DNA of 60,608 bases, from NCBI GenBank assembly GCA_031372035.1, contig JANMKM010000409.1, forward strand, positions 1 through 60,608, in the 5' to 3' direction. The stretch comes from Rhodoferax sp. (GTDB lineage Bacteria > Pseudomonadota > Gammaproteobacteria > Burkholderiales > Burkholderiaceae_C). The position numbers and the translations under genes are program-made. Of this stretch, positions 30,841 to 40,145 are shown piece by piece; within the stretch, counting starts at the first letter, position 1; every line of letters begins with the position of its first letter. The notes beneath the pieces are model-generated. The model ran no database searches and was not told where the DNA came from. It saw nothing but the letters and a program-made list of their open reading frames with translations.

Positions 30841-31898
30841 TGTCAGCCGGCTATCGTCTGGTTCAGTGGACATCGTTCAAGCGGTTCTACGACCTCGTGC
30901 TCGCGCTGGGCGTGCTCGGGTTCCTCGGCGCGCATCTCGGCGCGGCAGTGCTGTTGCAGCCAGGGGACGAGCAGATTTCAGCGTTGCAGTTGCTCATCCG
31001 CGCCTTCGGTGCCGCAGCTTTCGCGCTGCTCACCCTCATCCTTGCGGTCGGGCCGCTGGCGCGGCTGCAGCCCGCCTGGTTGCCGCTGCTCTACAACCGC
31101 CGCCATCTGGGTGTGACATGCTGTCTGCTGGCACTGGTGCATGCCGCGCTGGTCGTGCTGTGGTACCACGGCTTCGGCGACCTCAACCCGCTGGTTTCGC
31201 TGCTGGTGTCGAACCCGCGCTATGACTCGATCCAGGGCTTTCCATTCGAGAGTCTGGGCCTCGTCGCACTGATCGTCCTGGTTGTGTTGGCAGCGACCAG
31301 CCACGACTTCTGGAACGCCAACCTGGGGCCTGCGGTCTGGAAGGCGATCCACATGGGCGTGTACGGCGCCTACGCGCTGCTCGTGGCGCACATCATGCTC
31401 GGTGCCGTACAGGGCGCGAAGAGTCCGGCTTACGCGGTGGTGGTGGCTCTGGGCGCCGGCCCCGTGGCCGCGTTGCATGTGGTCGCAGGCCGGCGCGAGC
31501 ACGTGCTGGATCGGGCGCCCGCCGCCGTCGCGGACGGTTGGCTGCGTGTGGGGCTTGCGCGGGACATCGCCGACGGCTGCGCGAGCGTCGTCACGCCGCT
31601 AGTGGGCGAACGCATCGCGGTGTTCCGCACGTCTGACCAAGTGTTCGCGGTCTCAAACGTCTGTCGGCACCAGGGTGGGCCGCTGGGCGAGGGCCGCATC
31701 ATCGACGGCTGCATCACTTGCCCCTGGCATGGCTTCCAGTACCGTCCACAGGATGGCACTTCGCCCGCGCCGTTCACCGAGCGCATCGCCACCTACCGCA
31801 CACGCATCGAGCACGGCGTGGTCTTCGTCGATCCGGTCCCGGCCGGGCTCGGCAAGCACCTGCCGCCGTCGGTGATCGACGGAGCAGACCGAACATGA
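30840..31898 (+). CDS. Ferric-reductase-like (MsrQ-like) transmembrane domain fused to a C-terminal Rieske [2Fe-2S] domain
   Basis: NRRHLGV, ALVH, ATSHD, WKAIH..VY..Y.L...H heme-b His pattern; CRHQGGPL...CPWHG Rieske motif. Confidence 0.88.
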   Translation: MSAGYRLVQWTSFKRFYDLVLALGVLGFLGAHLGAAVLLQPGDEQISALQLLIRAFGAAAFALLTLILAVGPLARLQPAWLPLLYNRRHLGVTCCLLALVHAALVVLWYHGFGDLNPLVSLLVSNPRYDSIQGFPFESLGLVALIVLVVLAATSHDFWNANLGPAVWKAIHMGVYGAYALLVAHIMLGAVQGAKSPAYAVVVALGAGPVAALHVVAGRREHVLDRAPAAVADGWLRVGLARDIADGCASVVTPLVGERIAVFRTSDQVFAVSNVCRHQGGPLGEGRIIDGCITCPWHGFQYRPQDGTSPAPFTERIATYRTRIEHGVVFVDPVPAGLGKHLPPSVIDGADRT

Positions 31899-32638
31899 CG
31901 AGCCCGCGACCATTGTTCATCGGCTGGAGCGCCGATCCACCGCGCCGGCGCCGCCTGCTTGGCGCGGGATTGGCGCTGGCCGCAGGTGGCGTGGTCGGCG
32001 GCGGCATGGTTCTGGCTGGCGGGCGCGTCGCGATTGGCACCGGCGTCTGGGACATGGGCCAGGCTCGCACGCTGCGGGGCGTGCTCTCGTCCTCGCCCTT
32101 CCCCTCATTGCGCACGTTGGACCTGGGCGGCAGCGCGCGCACGGTGTTCCTGGCTACAGACGGCAAGGTGGCGGCGGCGCTGCGGGCGGACTCATTGGAT
32201 CGCTGGCTCGCGGTCAGCGGAACCTTGATCACGCGCGGCCTGCACGCGATGCTGGCGGTAGAAAGCGTTGAACTGGCTCGCGACATCGAGCCGCCTGGAT
32301 TGCGCGGCGTGGCTACCAAGGACCATGGCGAAGTGCTGCTCACCGGCGAGATCCTTGACGCCAAGTGCTGGTTTGGCGCGATGCGGCCCGGCTACGGCAA
32401 GCCGCACAAGGCCTGCGCAGCGCTGTGCGCGCGCGGCGGTCTGCCGCTGGCGTTTTGCCGCATCGGCGAGTGCGGAGCGGGCAACCAGGCGCCGCTGTTC
32501 CTCAACGCCGACGGCCGACCGCACAAGCTTGACGTGCTGCCGCTCGTCGCCGACCCGGTTCTCGTACGCGGTCGCCTGGTCAGCGTCGGCGACGTCATGC
32601 AGCTGCGCGCTGCATTGGCCGACATCCGACGACTCTGA
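31895..32638 (+). CDS. Membrane-anchored hypothetical protein with a Cys/His motif
   Basis: ATGA coupling; one TM helix; DAKCWFGAMRPGYGKPHKACAALCARGG. Confidence 0.8.
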   Translation: MTSPRPLFIGWSADPPRRRRLLGAGLALAAGGVVGGGMVLAGGRVAIGTGVWDMGQARTLRGVLSSSPFPSLRTLDLGGSARTVFLATDGKVAAALRADSLDRWLAVSGTLITRGLHAMLAVESVELARDIEPPGLRGVATKDHGEVLLTGEILDAKCWFGAMRPGYGKPHKACAALCARGGLPLAFCRIGECGAGNQAPLFLNADGRPHKLDVLPLVADPVLVRGRLVSVGDVMQLRAALADIRRL

Positions 32639-32655
32639 TTGGTGAGGAAAAAAAC

Positions 32656-33004
32656 GTGCTGGACTTCACCGGACAAGTCGTCGTTGTCACCGGCGCCGGC
32701 GGCAATCTGGGTTCTGCAATCGCGCAGACGCTGGCGCGGCAAGGGGCCATGCTGGCGTTGGCCGACATGCGCCAACCCAAGCTGGAGCGCACGCTTTTTT
32801 GCGCGCGGCCCGGCAGGCCAGGCCGCCTTGATGATCATGACGGATGCCGGACGCGCACATGGTCCGGAGCTGCTGGCACCGGTGGTGGACCCGGTGCACC
32901 TCAGTGAACGGGTTCTCCGTCGCGGTGATCGGCTGATGCTGGACACCCAGCTGTCGGCGATACGGCGCCTGAAGCGTCCGGACCACGTCCGCCCAGCTGC
33001 GTAG
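32656..33004 (+). pseudogene. SDR N-terminal fragment joined to a C-terminal remnant homologous to the 31895 gene
   Basis: VVTGAGGNLG (SDR) breaks off near 32795; another frame gives DAGRAHG..L.P..DPV....RGD.....LSAIRRL, matching the end of the 31895 protein. Confidence 0.7.
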
Positions 33005-33007
33005 CGG

Positions 33008-34990
33008 TCACACGAGTTCAGGGTCGGTGACGATCTCCACCAACGAAGGCCCCTTCGAGGCCAGCGCGGTCGCAAAGGCTGCGTCGAGTTCATGCGCCGC
33101 TGTGACGCGCGCGCCGTGCCCGCCGCACTGCTTCGCAAACATGGCGAAGGACGGGTTGTGCAGGCCCGTTTCCCACACCTGAAACTCGCCGGCACGTTGC
33201 TCCTTCGCGATCTTGCCGAGCTCGGCGTTGTTCAGCAGGATGTGGGTGATATCCATGCCGTACTTGACCGCGGTGGTGAACTCCATCGCGTACTGGCCGA
33301 AGCCGCCGTCGCCGGAAATCGAGACCACCTTGCGGCCTTTGAACTCCGCGAAGTCCTGCGTCGCAGCCCAGGCCCCCATGGCCGCCGGGAGGCTAAAGCC
33401 GATGGAGCCCAGGTAACCCGACATCAGCACCCGCTGGCCCTGGCTCTCGAAGTAGCGGCCGAACGAATAGGTGTTGTTGCCGACGTCCACCGCGATGATG
33501 GCGTCGGCCGGACACAGCCGCGTCAGCGCTTCGAACACCGCTGCGGAATGTACGCCGCGGCCCTGGTCTTCGCCCAGCCGCCGGCATTTCTCTTCACGCC
33601 AGATGGCCCAGCGCGTGGCCAGCTCCGCGAGCTGGTCGGCCGCGTCCGCGGGCCGTGACAGGCGAGGTGCAACGGCAGTGCAGAAGGCCGCGATTTCACC
33701 CCAGACGGGCAGTGTGACCGGGTGGAAGCGGCCCAGTTGCATGCGCTCGAAGTCGACCTGGATGATGGGCTTGGAACGCTCGATGCCGGTGTGCTTGGCA
33801 AACGATGAACCCAGCGCAATGATCAGATCGGCTTCGTTCATGAACCAGCTGGCGATCGGTGTGCCCGAACGGCCCAGCACGCCGCCGGCGTTGCGGTGCG
33901 TGTCGGCGATCAGGCCCTTGCCCTTGAACGTGGTGACCACCGGTGCGCCGATGCGTTCGGCCAGCTCGATGACCGCTTCGCGTGCTGCGACAGCGCCGTG
34001 CCCGATCACGATCATCGGCCGCTTCGCGGCATTGATCATGGCCACGGCCTGCGCCAGGTCAGCTTCGGCGGGCACCACGACCGAGCCACCCAGGCGCCCG
34101 GCGGGTGCGCCGGCGCGGGCGGCGCTGGGCAGGGTCTGCACGTCGTCCGGAAAGATCAGGTGCGCTACATCGCGCTCGACGAGCGCGGTCTTGCAGGCCA
34201 GCGACATCAGCTCGGCATGGTTCGAACTGGGCAGCACCAGCTGCGAGAACTTCGTCACCGCCTGGAAGGCCGACGACAGGTCGATGTCCTGGAAGGCGCC
34301 AGGCCCAAAGACTTGGGTCTGCACCTGGCCCGTCAGCGCCAGCAGCGGGGCGCGGTCGACCTTGGCATCCCACAGGCCTGTCAACAGGTTGGTGGCGCCC
34401 GGCCCGGCGATGGTCAGGCAGGCTGCGGGCCGTCCGCTGAGCTTGCCGTAGGCCGATGCCGCGAAAGCCGCCGCCCCTTCGTGACGGACACCGATGTAGC
34501 GCATCTCGTCGGCCACCGTGCGGCGGCGGATGGCGTCGGCCAGGCCGAGGTTGGAATGGCCCACCATGCCGAAGACGTGCTTCACACCCCAGTTCACCAG
34601 CGTCTCGGCCATCACGTCGGTGACGGTGCGTTCGTGCGCCGGTTCGGGTGCCACGCCGATGAACACCGCGCCGTCGCGGATCTCGATCGGGTACATCGCC
34701 TGCCCGCTGTCTTCGTGCCCGCACGGCGGCTTGCCGGTGAGGGGGTCGAAGTCCCAGCCGTGCCAGGGGCAGCATATCCAGCACTGGCCACCCGCCCCGC
34801 GCTCGATGGACCCTTCACCCAGGGGTCCGCCCTGGTGAGGGCAGCGGTTGTCCATGGCGGCCCATTGGCCGTCGAAGTGCGATAGGCAGACCGAGCGGTT
34901 GCCCGGCGTCACCGACTTCACGCGGCCCTCGGGAAGTTCGTCGACCGAGGCGACGCGGAACCAGTCCAATACAGGTACAGGTGCAGTCAT
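33008..34990 (-). CDS. Rieske-fused thiamine-pyrophosphate enzyme (pyruvate oxidase/ALS superfamily)
   Basis: N-terminal CPHQGGPL...CPWHG; RHEGAAAFAA, GPGATN, GDGG...NN TPP motif. Confidence 0.92.
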   Translation of the reverse strand: MTAPVPVLDWFRVASVDELPEGRVKSVTPGNRSVCLSHFDGQWAAMDNRCPHQGGPLGEGSIERGAGGQCWICCPWHGWDFDPLTGKPPCGHEDSGQAMYPIEIRDGAVFIGVAPEPAHERTVTDVMAETLVNWGVKHVFGMVGHSNLGLADAIRRRTVADEMRYIGVRHEGAAAFAASAYGKLSGRPAACLTIAGPGATNLLTGLWDAKVDRAPLLALTGQVQTQVFGPGAFQDIDLSSAFQAVTKFSQLVLPSSNHAELMSLACKTALVERDVAHLIFPDDVQTLPSAARAGAPAGRLGGSVVVPAEADLAQAVAMINAAKRPMIVIGHGAVAAREAVIELAERIGAPVVTTFKGKGLIADTHRNAGGVLGRSGTPIASWFMNEADLIIALGSSFAKHTGIERSKPIIQVDFERMQLGRFHPVTLPVWGEIAAFCTAVAPRLSRPADAADQLAELATRWAIWREEKCRRLGEDQGRGVHSAAVFEALTRLCPADAIIAVDVGNNTYSFGRYFESQGQRVLMSGYLGSIGFSLPAAMGAWAATQDFAEFKGRKVVSISGDGGFGQYAMEFTTAVKYGMDITHILLNNAELGKIAKEQRAGEFQVWETGLHNPSFAMFAKQCGGHGARVTAAHELDAAFATALASKGPSLVEIVTDPELV

Positions 34991-35060
34991 TCAACGCTCG
35001 CTTTCACCGCGGTATTTGCGCTATTGGGAACAGAAGGAAAAGACACAGACAAGTGTGGCT

Positions 35061-36671
35061 TCACATCATGCCACCGTAGGCCACACCCGAAAGGTCGGCC
35101 ATCTCGCGCTTCCAGGTCGTCAGGTCGTTAGCCGTGAACTGCGCCAGGTGGTCGTGGCCACAGGCACGCGCCATCACCTGCATCAGTTCGACCGAGGCTT
35201 CGAAAAAGTTGGCCAGCTGCCGCGCCGACTTGTCCACCGCCAGCCGGGCGACGAGGTGGGGCTTCTGCGTGGCGATGCCGACCGGGCAGTTGTTGGTGTG
35301 GCAGGCGCGCATGGCGACGCAGCCGATGGCCTGCAGCGCAGCGTTGGACAGCGCAATGGCGTCGGCACCCAAGGCCAGCGCCTTGACGAAATCGGCCGGC
35401 GTGCGCAGGCCGCCGGTGATGATCAAGGTGACGTCGCTGCGGCCAGACCGGTCGAGGTGCCGCCGCGCACGCGCCAGCGCCGGGATCGTGGGCACCGAGA
35501 TGTTGTCGCGAAACAGAATGGGCGACGCCCCGGTGGCGCCGCCGCGGCCGTCCAGGATGATGTAGTCGACACCCACTTCGAGCGCGGCGTCGATGTCTTT
35601 CTCGATGTGCTGCGCCGACAGCTTGTAGCCCACCGGGATGCCGCCGGTGCGCTCGCGCACCTCGGCCGCGAACTCGCGCATCTGGCGCGGCTCGGTCCAG
35701 TCGGGAAAGCGGGCGGGCGAGATCGCGGGCTCGCCCACCCGCAGGCCGCGCACAGCTGCGATCTGCGCACTGACCTTGGGGCCCGGCAGGTGGCCGCCGG
35801 TGCCCGTCTTGGCGCCCTGCCCGCCCTTGAAGTGAAATGCCTGCGACGCGCCCACCTTGTCCCAGTCGAAGCCGAAGCGCGCCGATGCCAACTGGTAGAA
35901 GTAGCGCGAGTTGGCCTGCTGCTCCTCGGGCAGCACACCGCCTTCGCCCGAGCAGATGCCGGTGCCCGCGAGTTCGGCGCCCTGCGACAACGCGACCTTG
36001 GCCGATGCCGAGAGCGCACCGAAGCTCATGTCTGAAACGATCAGCGGAATCGCCAGCCGCAGCGGCTTCTTCGCACGCGGCCCGACCAGCACGTCGGTAC
36101 CGACAGGGTGCTCGTCCAGCAGCGGCGGTCGGTGCAGTTGCGCGGGCAGGATCTGGATGTCGTCCCAGGTCGGCAGCTGGTCGCGGGGCACGCCCATCGC
36201 CTCCACGGCGCCATGGTGGCCGGTCTTGGACAGGCCGTCGCGTGCATAGCGCTGGATCAGCGCGTTGTGCGGCTCCTCGGCGGTGCCGTGGCCGGTGTCG
36301 GCGTACTGCCCGAGGTAGATCGTGCGGTTGAAGGGCTGCGGATGTTGCAGACCCCAGGCGGCCACCTCGTCGGCATCGACCCAGACCTGGCCGTCGTCGA
36401 CCCAGGCGGTGAACTTCTGCAGCGCTTCGGCGTGGTTGTAGGCCGAGACACCGCTGTCGAGCCGGTAGTCCCAGTCGTGAACGCCGCAGATGAGGTTGTC
36501 GCCTTCGACGCGGCCGTCGGCCATCAGCGCGCCCCGGTGTAGGCAGCGACCGTACAGCACCGAGACGGCATCGTCCAAGCGCACGACGACGAGATCGACA
36601 CCCTCGACGAGTGCGTGCGCGGGCTGCCGGTCCGCGAGTTCGTCGAAGCGTGCAACGGCGGTCTCGTTCAT
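35061..36671 (-). CDS. Rieske-fused glutamate synthase FMN-binding domain protein
   Basis: CLHRG...CGVH Rieske; MSFGALS, SGEGG, QGAKTGTGGHLPG.K, CVAMRACHTNNCPVG 3Fe-4S motif; no glutamine amidotransferase domain. Confidence 0.92.
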   Translation of the reverse strand: MNETAVARFDELADRQPAHALVEGVDLVVVRLDDAVSVLYGRCLHRGALMADGRVEGDNLICGVHDWDYRLDSGVSAYNHAEALQKFTAWVDDGQVWVDADEVAAWGLQHPQPFNRTIYLGQYADTGHGTAEEPHNALIQRYARDGLSKTGHHGAVEAMGVPRDQLPTWDDIQILPAQLHRPPLLDEHPVGTDVLVGPRAKKPLRLAIPLIVSDMSFGALSASAKVALSQGAELAGTGICSGEGGVLPEEQQANSRYFYQLASARFGFDWDKVGASQAFHFKGGQGAKTGTGGHLPGPKVSAQIAAVRGLRVGEPAISPARFPDWTEPRQMREFAAEVRERTGGIPVGYKLSAQHIEKDIDAALEVGVDYIILDGRGGATGASPILFRDNISVPTIPALARARRHLDRSGRSDVTLIITGGLRTPADFVKALALGADAIALSNAALQAIGCVAMRACHTNNCPVGIATQKPHLVARLAVDKSARQLANFFEASVELMQVMARACGHDHLAQFTANDLTTWKREMADLSGVAYGGMM

Positions 36672-36758
36672 GGGCTCTCCTGGTCGAAGCCGGGGTCGTT
36701 GAAGTGGCGGTGCGGCGCTTTCCGCCGCCGGGTCGAGTTGCTCGGCACGGCTCGGAAC

Positions 36759-37490
36759 TCAGGCCACGCTGGGCGGGGGCGGGATGCTCGCCACCAGGCT
36801 GGAAAGCCCTTCGGCATAGTGTTTGCGCAATGCCATCCAGTAGGGGTCGTCCTTTTCCAGTGTCGCGAAGTTGCGTGACGAGAAGCTGTCGGCGCGGTAT
36901 CGCAACAGGTCGATGGGCGCGTCGACCGAGAGGTTGCTGCGCATCGTCGCGTCGAACGACAGCAACGACAGCTTGGCCGCTTCGTCCAGGCTCGTCGCGT
37001 CGTGCAGTGCCCGGTCGAGAATGGGTTTGCCGTACTTCGTCTCACCCAGCTGCAGAAAGCGCGAGCGGTCCGATGCCTCGACGAAATTCCCGGCCGAGTA
37101 GATGTGAAACAGGCGGGGTGGCTCACCGGCGATCTGGCCACCGACGAGGAACGTGCCGTTCGGGTCGCCGTAGGGCTGCACGAAGTTGCCGTCTCGGGCG
37201 ATCACTTCGCGCAGCTTGCCACCCACCAGCATCGCCACGTCGTACATCGTGCGCGCGGCGTGCAGGTCCTGCCCGAAGCGGCCATTGCCCGCCGTCTCGC
37301 GCAGGGCCGTCACCACTGCCTGGGTGGTGGCCAGGTTGCCCGCCGACAGCACGACGACCACCCGTTGGCCGGGAACCTCGAAGAGGGCCAGCTTCTTGAC
37401 CAGCGCCACCTGGTCCACGCCCGCGTTCGAGCGCGAATCGGACGCCAGCACCAAGCCTTCAGGGAGCAGAATTCCAAGACAATAGGTCAC
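36759..37490 (-). CDS. Anbu proteasome-type Ntn protease
   Basis: GGAGG RBS with GTG; mature TYCLG...SDSRSNAGVD, AGNLATTQ, GETKYGKPILDR, RSNLSV. Confidence 0.9.
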   Translation of the reverse strand: MTYCLGILLPEGLVLASDSRSNAGVDQVALVKKLALFEVPGQRVVVVLSAGNLATTQAVVTALRETAGNGRFGQDLHAARTMYDVAMLVGGKLREVIARDGNFVQPYGDPNGTFLVGGQIAGEPPRLFHIYSAGNFVEASDRSRFLQLGETKYGKPILDRALHDATSLDEAAKLSLLSFDATMRSNLSVDAPIDLLRYRADSFSSRNFATLEKDDPYWMALRKHYAEGLSSLVASIPPPPSVA

Positions 37491-37549
37491 GCGTTCCTCC
37501 AAAATCTGCCGGCCCGGGCGGGTGCCTCGCTTCAGCACTTGACGACGTT

Positions 37550-37577
37550 AGTCGAAACGGTACCCTTGCCCATTACA
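37550..37577 (-). promoter_or_regulatory. ECF-type promoter motif 2
   Basis: TGTAAT-N17-CGACT upstream of the Anbu-GltS-TPP operon. Confidence 0.6.
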
Positions 37578-37590
37578 TGCATTGCGCCGA

Positions 37591-38523
37591 GTGTCAAACG
37601 ATCTAAACTTGGCCGAACTCGCGTCGCGTGTCCACGAAGACATCGAGCCCCATTTTGGGAAAGGTCGGGTGGCCGACTACATCCCCGCCCTGGCCCGCGT
37701 CGACCCGCGCCAGTTCGGGCTGGCGATCGTCACCTGCAAGGGCGAAACCGCGTCGGTCGGCGATTGCGGCGTTCCGTTCTCCATCCAGAGTGTTTCCAAG
37801 GTCTTCACGCTGACTCTGGCGCTGGAGCGCCTGGGTGACACGCTGTGGCAGCGCGTCGGGCGCGAGCCCTCGGGTTCGCCATTCAACTCGATCGTCCAGC
37901 TCGAGCGCGAACACGGCATCCCGCGCAACCCCTTGATCAACGCCGGCGCCATCGTCGTAACCGATGCGCTGGTGGCCGGCCGCGGTCCGCAAGCCACCAT
38001 CGCTGAAATCCTGGACACCCTGCGCACGCTGGCCGGCGACTTGGGCGTGACGATGGATGCCGAGGTCGCCCGCTCCGAGGCCGACACCGGCTACCGCAAT
38101 GCCAGCCTGGCCAACTTCATGCGCGCCTTCGGCAACATCACGAACCCGGTGGACTGCGTGCTGGAGACCTACTTCAACCAGTGCGCCTTGCGCATGAACT
38201 GCGTGCAACTGGCCCGCGCCGGCCTGTTCCTGGCCAACGACGGCGTCGACCCGATTTCCATGCGGCGTGTGGTCGATGCGCAGGCGGTGCGGCGCATCAA
38301 CGCGATCATGATGACCTGCGGTCACTACGACGCTTCGGGTGACTTCGCGTTCCGCGTCGGACTGCCCGGCAAGAGCGGCGTAGGTGGCGGCATCCTGGCG
38401 ATTGCCCCGCGGCGGGCGGCTGTCGCGGTGTGGTCGCCGGGCCTCAATACTGCGGGCAACTCGCTCGTGGGCGCGCTGGCGTTGGAGAGCCTGGCGCGGC
38501 GCACCGGCTGGTCCGTTTTTTGA
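37591..38523 (+). CDS. glsA: Glutaminase
   Basis: [42 protein letters not shown]. Confidence 0.95.
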   Translation: MSNDLNLAELASRVHEDIEPHFGKGRVADYIPALARVDPRQFGLAIVTCKGETASVGDCGVPFSIQSVSKVFTLTLALERLGDTLWQRVGREPSGSPFNSIVQLEREHGIPRNPLINAGAIVVTDALVAGRGPQATIAEILDTLRTLAGDLGVTMDAEVARSEADTGYRNASLANFMRAFGNITNPVDCVLETYFNQCALRMNCVQLARAGLFLANDGVDPISMRRVVDAQAVRRINAIMMTCGHYDASGDFAFRVGLPGKSGVGGGILAIAPRRAAVAVWSPGLNTAGNSLVGALALESLARRTGWSVF

Positions 38524-38540
38524 GTGGCCGAAGGCGCCAG

Positions 38541-38738
38541 CTATGCGCCGGGCGGCGGCTCCTTGTCCATTTCCTTGACCGCCCGCCGCAGGAACTTCAT
38601 CTGCTCGTCCACCGTGCGGCAGGTCTGGCAAATGACGAAGTGATAACGCAAGCGCGCTCGCTCGGGCGCAGGCAGGGCCGCGTCGAGCCCTTCGCTGATG
38701 AGCCTTGACACTTCCTTGCAATCCAGCCCGACCTTCAT
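38541..38738 (-). CDS. zf-HC2 (ZAS) anti-sigma factor 1
   Basis: C...HFVICQTC; start overlaps the sigma stop. Confidence 0.9.
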   Translation of the reverse strand: MKVGLDCKEVSRLISEGLDAALPAPERARLRYHFVICQTCRTVDEQMKFLRRAVKEMDKEPPPGA

Positions 38739-39292
38739 CGCTGCCCCGCAAACCAATTGCGGTCCAGGCACTCGCGCAGCCGCATGCGCGCGCGGTAGAG
38801 CATCACGCCGCAGTTGCTGGCGGTGATACCCAGTTCGGCGCAGATGTCTTCGACTTCCTTGTCCAGCCACTCGCGCATCATGAACACTCGCCCCATCTTG
38901 GCAGGCAGTCGATCAACGCAGGCCAGCAAGGTCTCGAAGAACTGACGCTGCTCGAGCGACTTTTCGGGGTGGTACCAGGCCGGCGGCGGATCCTGCCAGT
39001 GGCCGTCCTTGGCGAAGAGCGCGTCCATGGCGTCTTCCATGCTCTGCTCGTCGAGCGGCTCGATGTGCACTTCGCGTCCGCGCCTGCGGATCACGTCGAT
39101 GATCTTGAACTTGAGAATGCCGGTGGCGTAGGTCCGCAACGAACTGCGCCCCTCGAAGCTGTCCGGTTTCTCGAGGATGGCCAGGAAGGTCTCCGAGACC
39201 ACGTCCTCGGCGATGCACTCGTTGCGCAGTTGCATCATGGCAAAGCGCAGCAGCGGCTGGCGCAATTGTGCGAGTTCGGCTTCGATGCTCAT
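38735..39292 (-). CDS. ECF RNA polymerase sigma-70 factor
   Basis: Region 2 AEDVVSETFL, FEGRSSLRTY..GILKFKIID; region 4 ICAELGITASNCGVMLYRARMRLRECL (TIGR02943-like, by recall). Confidence 0.93.
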   Translation of the reverse strand: MSIEAELAQLRQPLLRFAMMQLRNECIAEDVVSETFLAILEKPDSFEGRSSLRTYATGILKFKIIDVIRRRGREVHIEPLDEQSMEDAMDALFAKDGHWQDPPPAWYHPEKSLEQRQFFETLLACVDRLPAKMGRVFMMREWLDKEVEDICAELGITASNCGVMLYRARMRLRECLDRNWFAGQR

Positions 39293-39547
39293 GCGCAAAG
39301 TCTACTTTATGTGCCCTGATGGGGACCGGCAGCGCGCTACAGGCGATCCGGTTGGCATCGGGGCGTCTGCCCTGCCGCTCGAACATTCTCTCCCGGGCGC
39401 GACGACCTCCAGCGATTGGCCCGGACTTTCTCAGGTCAGAGTGACACATTCAAGTTGACCCAGGTGTCCGGCAAACAGCCGAGCACGCGCTCCTCGACTT
39501 GGGCCCAGCCCCGGTACGGAAAAGAGCACGGGCACGACAGAAAGAGT

Positions 39548-39574
39548 TGTAATGCAGGCTTGGACAGTACGACT
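39548..39574 (+). promoter_or_regulatory. ECF-type promoter motif 3
   Basis: TGTAAT-N16-CGACT upstream of the second anti-sigma. Confidence 0.75.
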
Positions 39575-39609
39575 GTCAAGACTCAGTACTGTGCCGCGTG
39601 CTTCCCATC

Positions 39610-39828
39610 ATGAAACTCATGCTCGACTGCCGCGCCTTTGCCAGGCTGCTCAGTCAGTCGCAAGACGGTGCGCCGCCGCTCGCCGTCCGGGCTCGCATGC
39701 GGCTGCATCTCATCACCTGCCAAGCCTGCCGCAACGTCGATGAGCAGATGCGCTTCGTTCGCACGGCGATGCAAGAACTGCAGGTCAACCCACCGCGCGA
39801 CAGGCCGGTCGCGGAGCAACGCGAATGA
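39610..39828 (+). CDS. zf-HC2 (ZAS) anti-sigma factor 2
   Basis: C...HLITCQACRNVDEQMRF, paralogue of the 38541 gene. Confidence 0.85.
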   Translation: MKLMLDCRAFARLLSQSQDGAPPLAVRARMRLHLITCQACRNVDEQMRFVRTAMQELQVNPPRDRPVAEQRE

Positions 39829-40046
39829 CCCGCCGTCGCTCGGTGGTCATTGTCGGAGGCGGTTTCGGCGGCACCGCCATGGCCCGCCAACTTGCTGGGC
39901 GCTTGCCGCCCGAAGTGGACCTGACTCTGATCTCCGAAGACAGCTACACCACCTTCAATCCCCTATTGCCCGAGGCCGTGGGCGCCTTGGCATTTCCCGA
40001 ACAGGACCTTGGGCGCGTCTTTCCCTATCGGCATCACCTGCCTTAG
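39825..40046 (+). pseudogene. NDH-2-like FAD oxidoreductase N-terminal fragment
   Basis: VGGGFGG...SEDSYTTFNPLLPE homologous to the N-terminus of the 54743 gene; stops after 73 aa. Confidence 0.8.
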
Positions 40047-40145
40047 CTTTCCAGGCAACCAGGCGCTCCATCGGCCCGAGCAGGCGCAAGACGTGCTTCG
40101 GCCATCAGCCCCGACCCCCTTGGCCGACTGAAAGAGCTCGACGCC

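Noticed and set aside
37592-37618. TGTCAA-N16-CGAAC as another promoter copy
   Set aside because: Lies inside the glutaminase coding start and mismatches both elements
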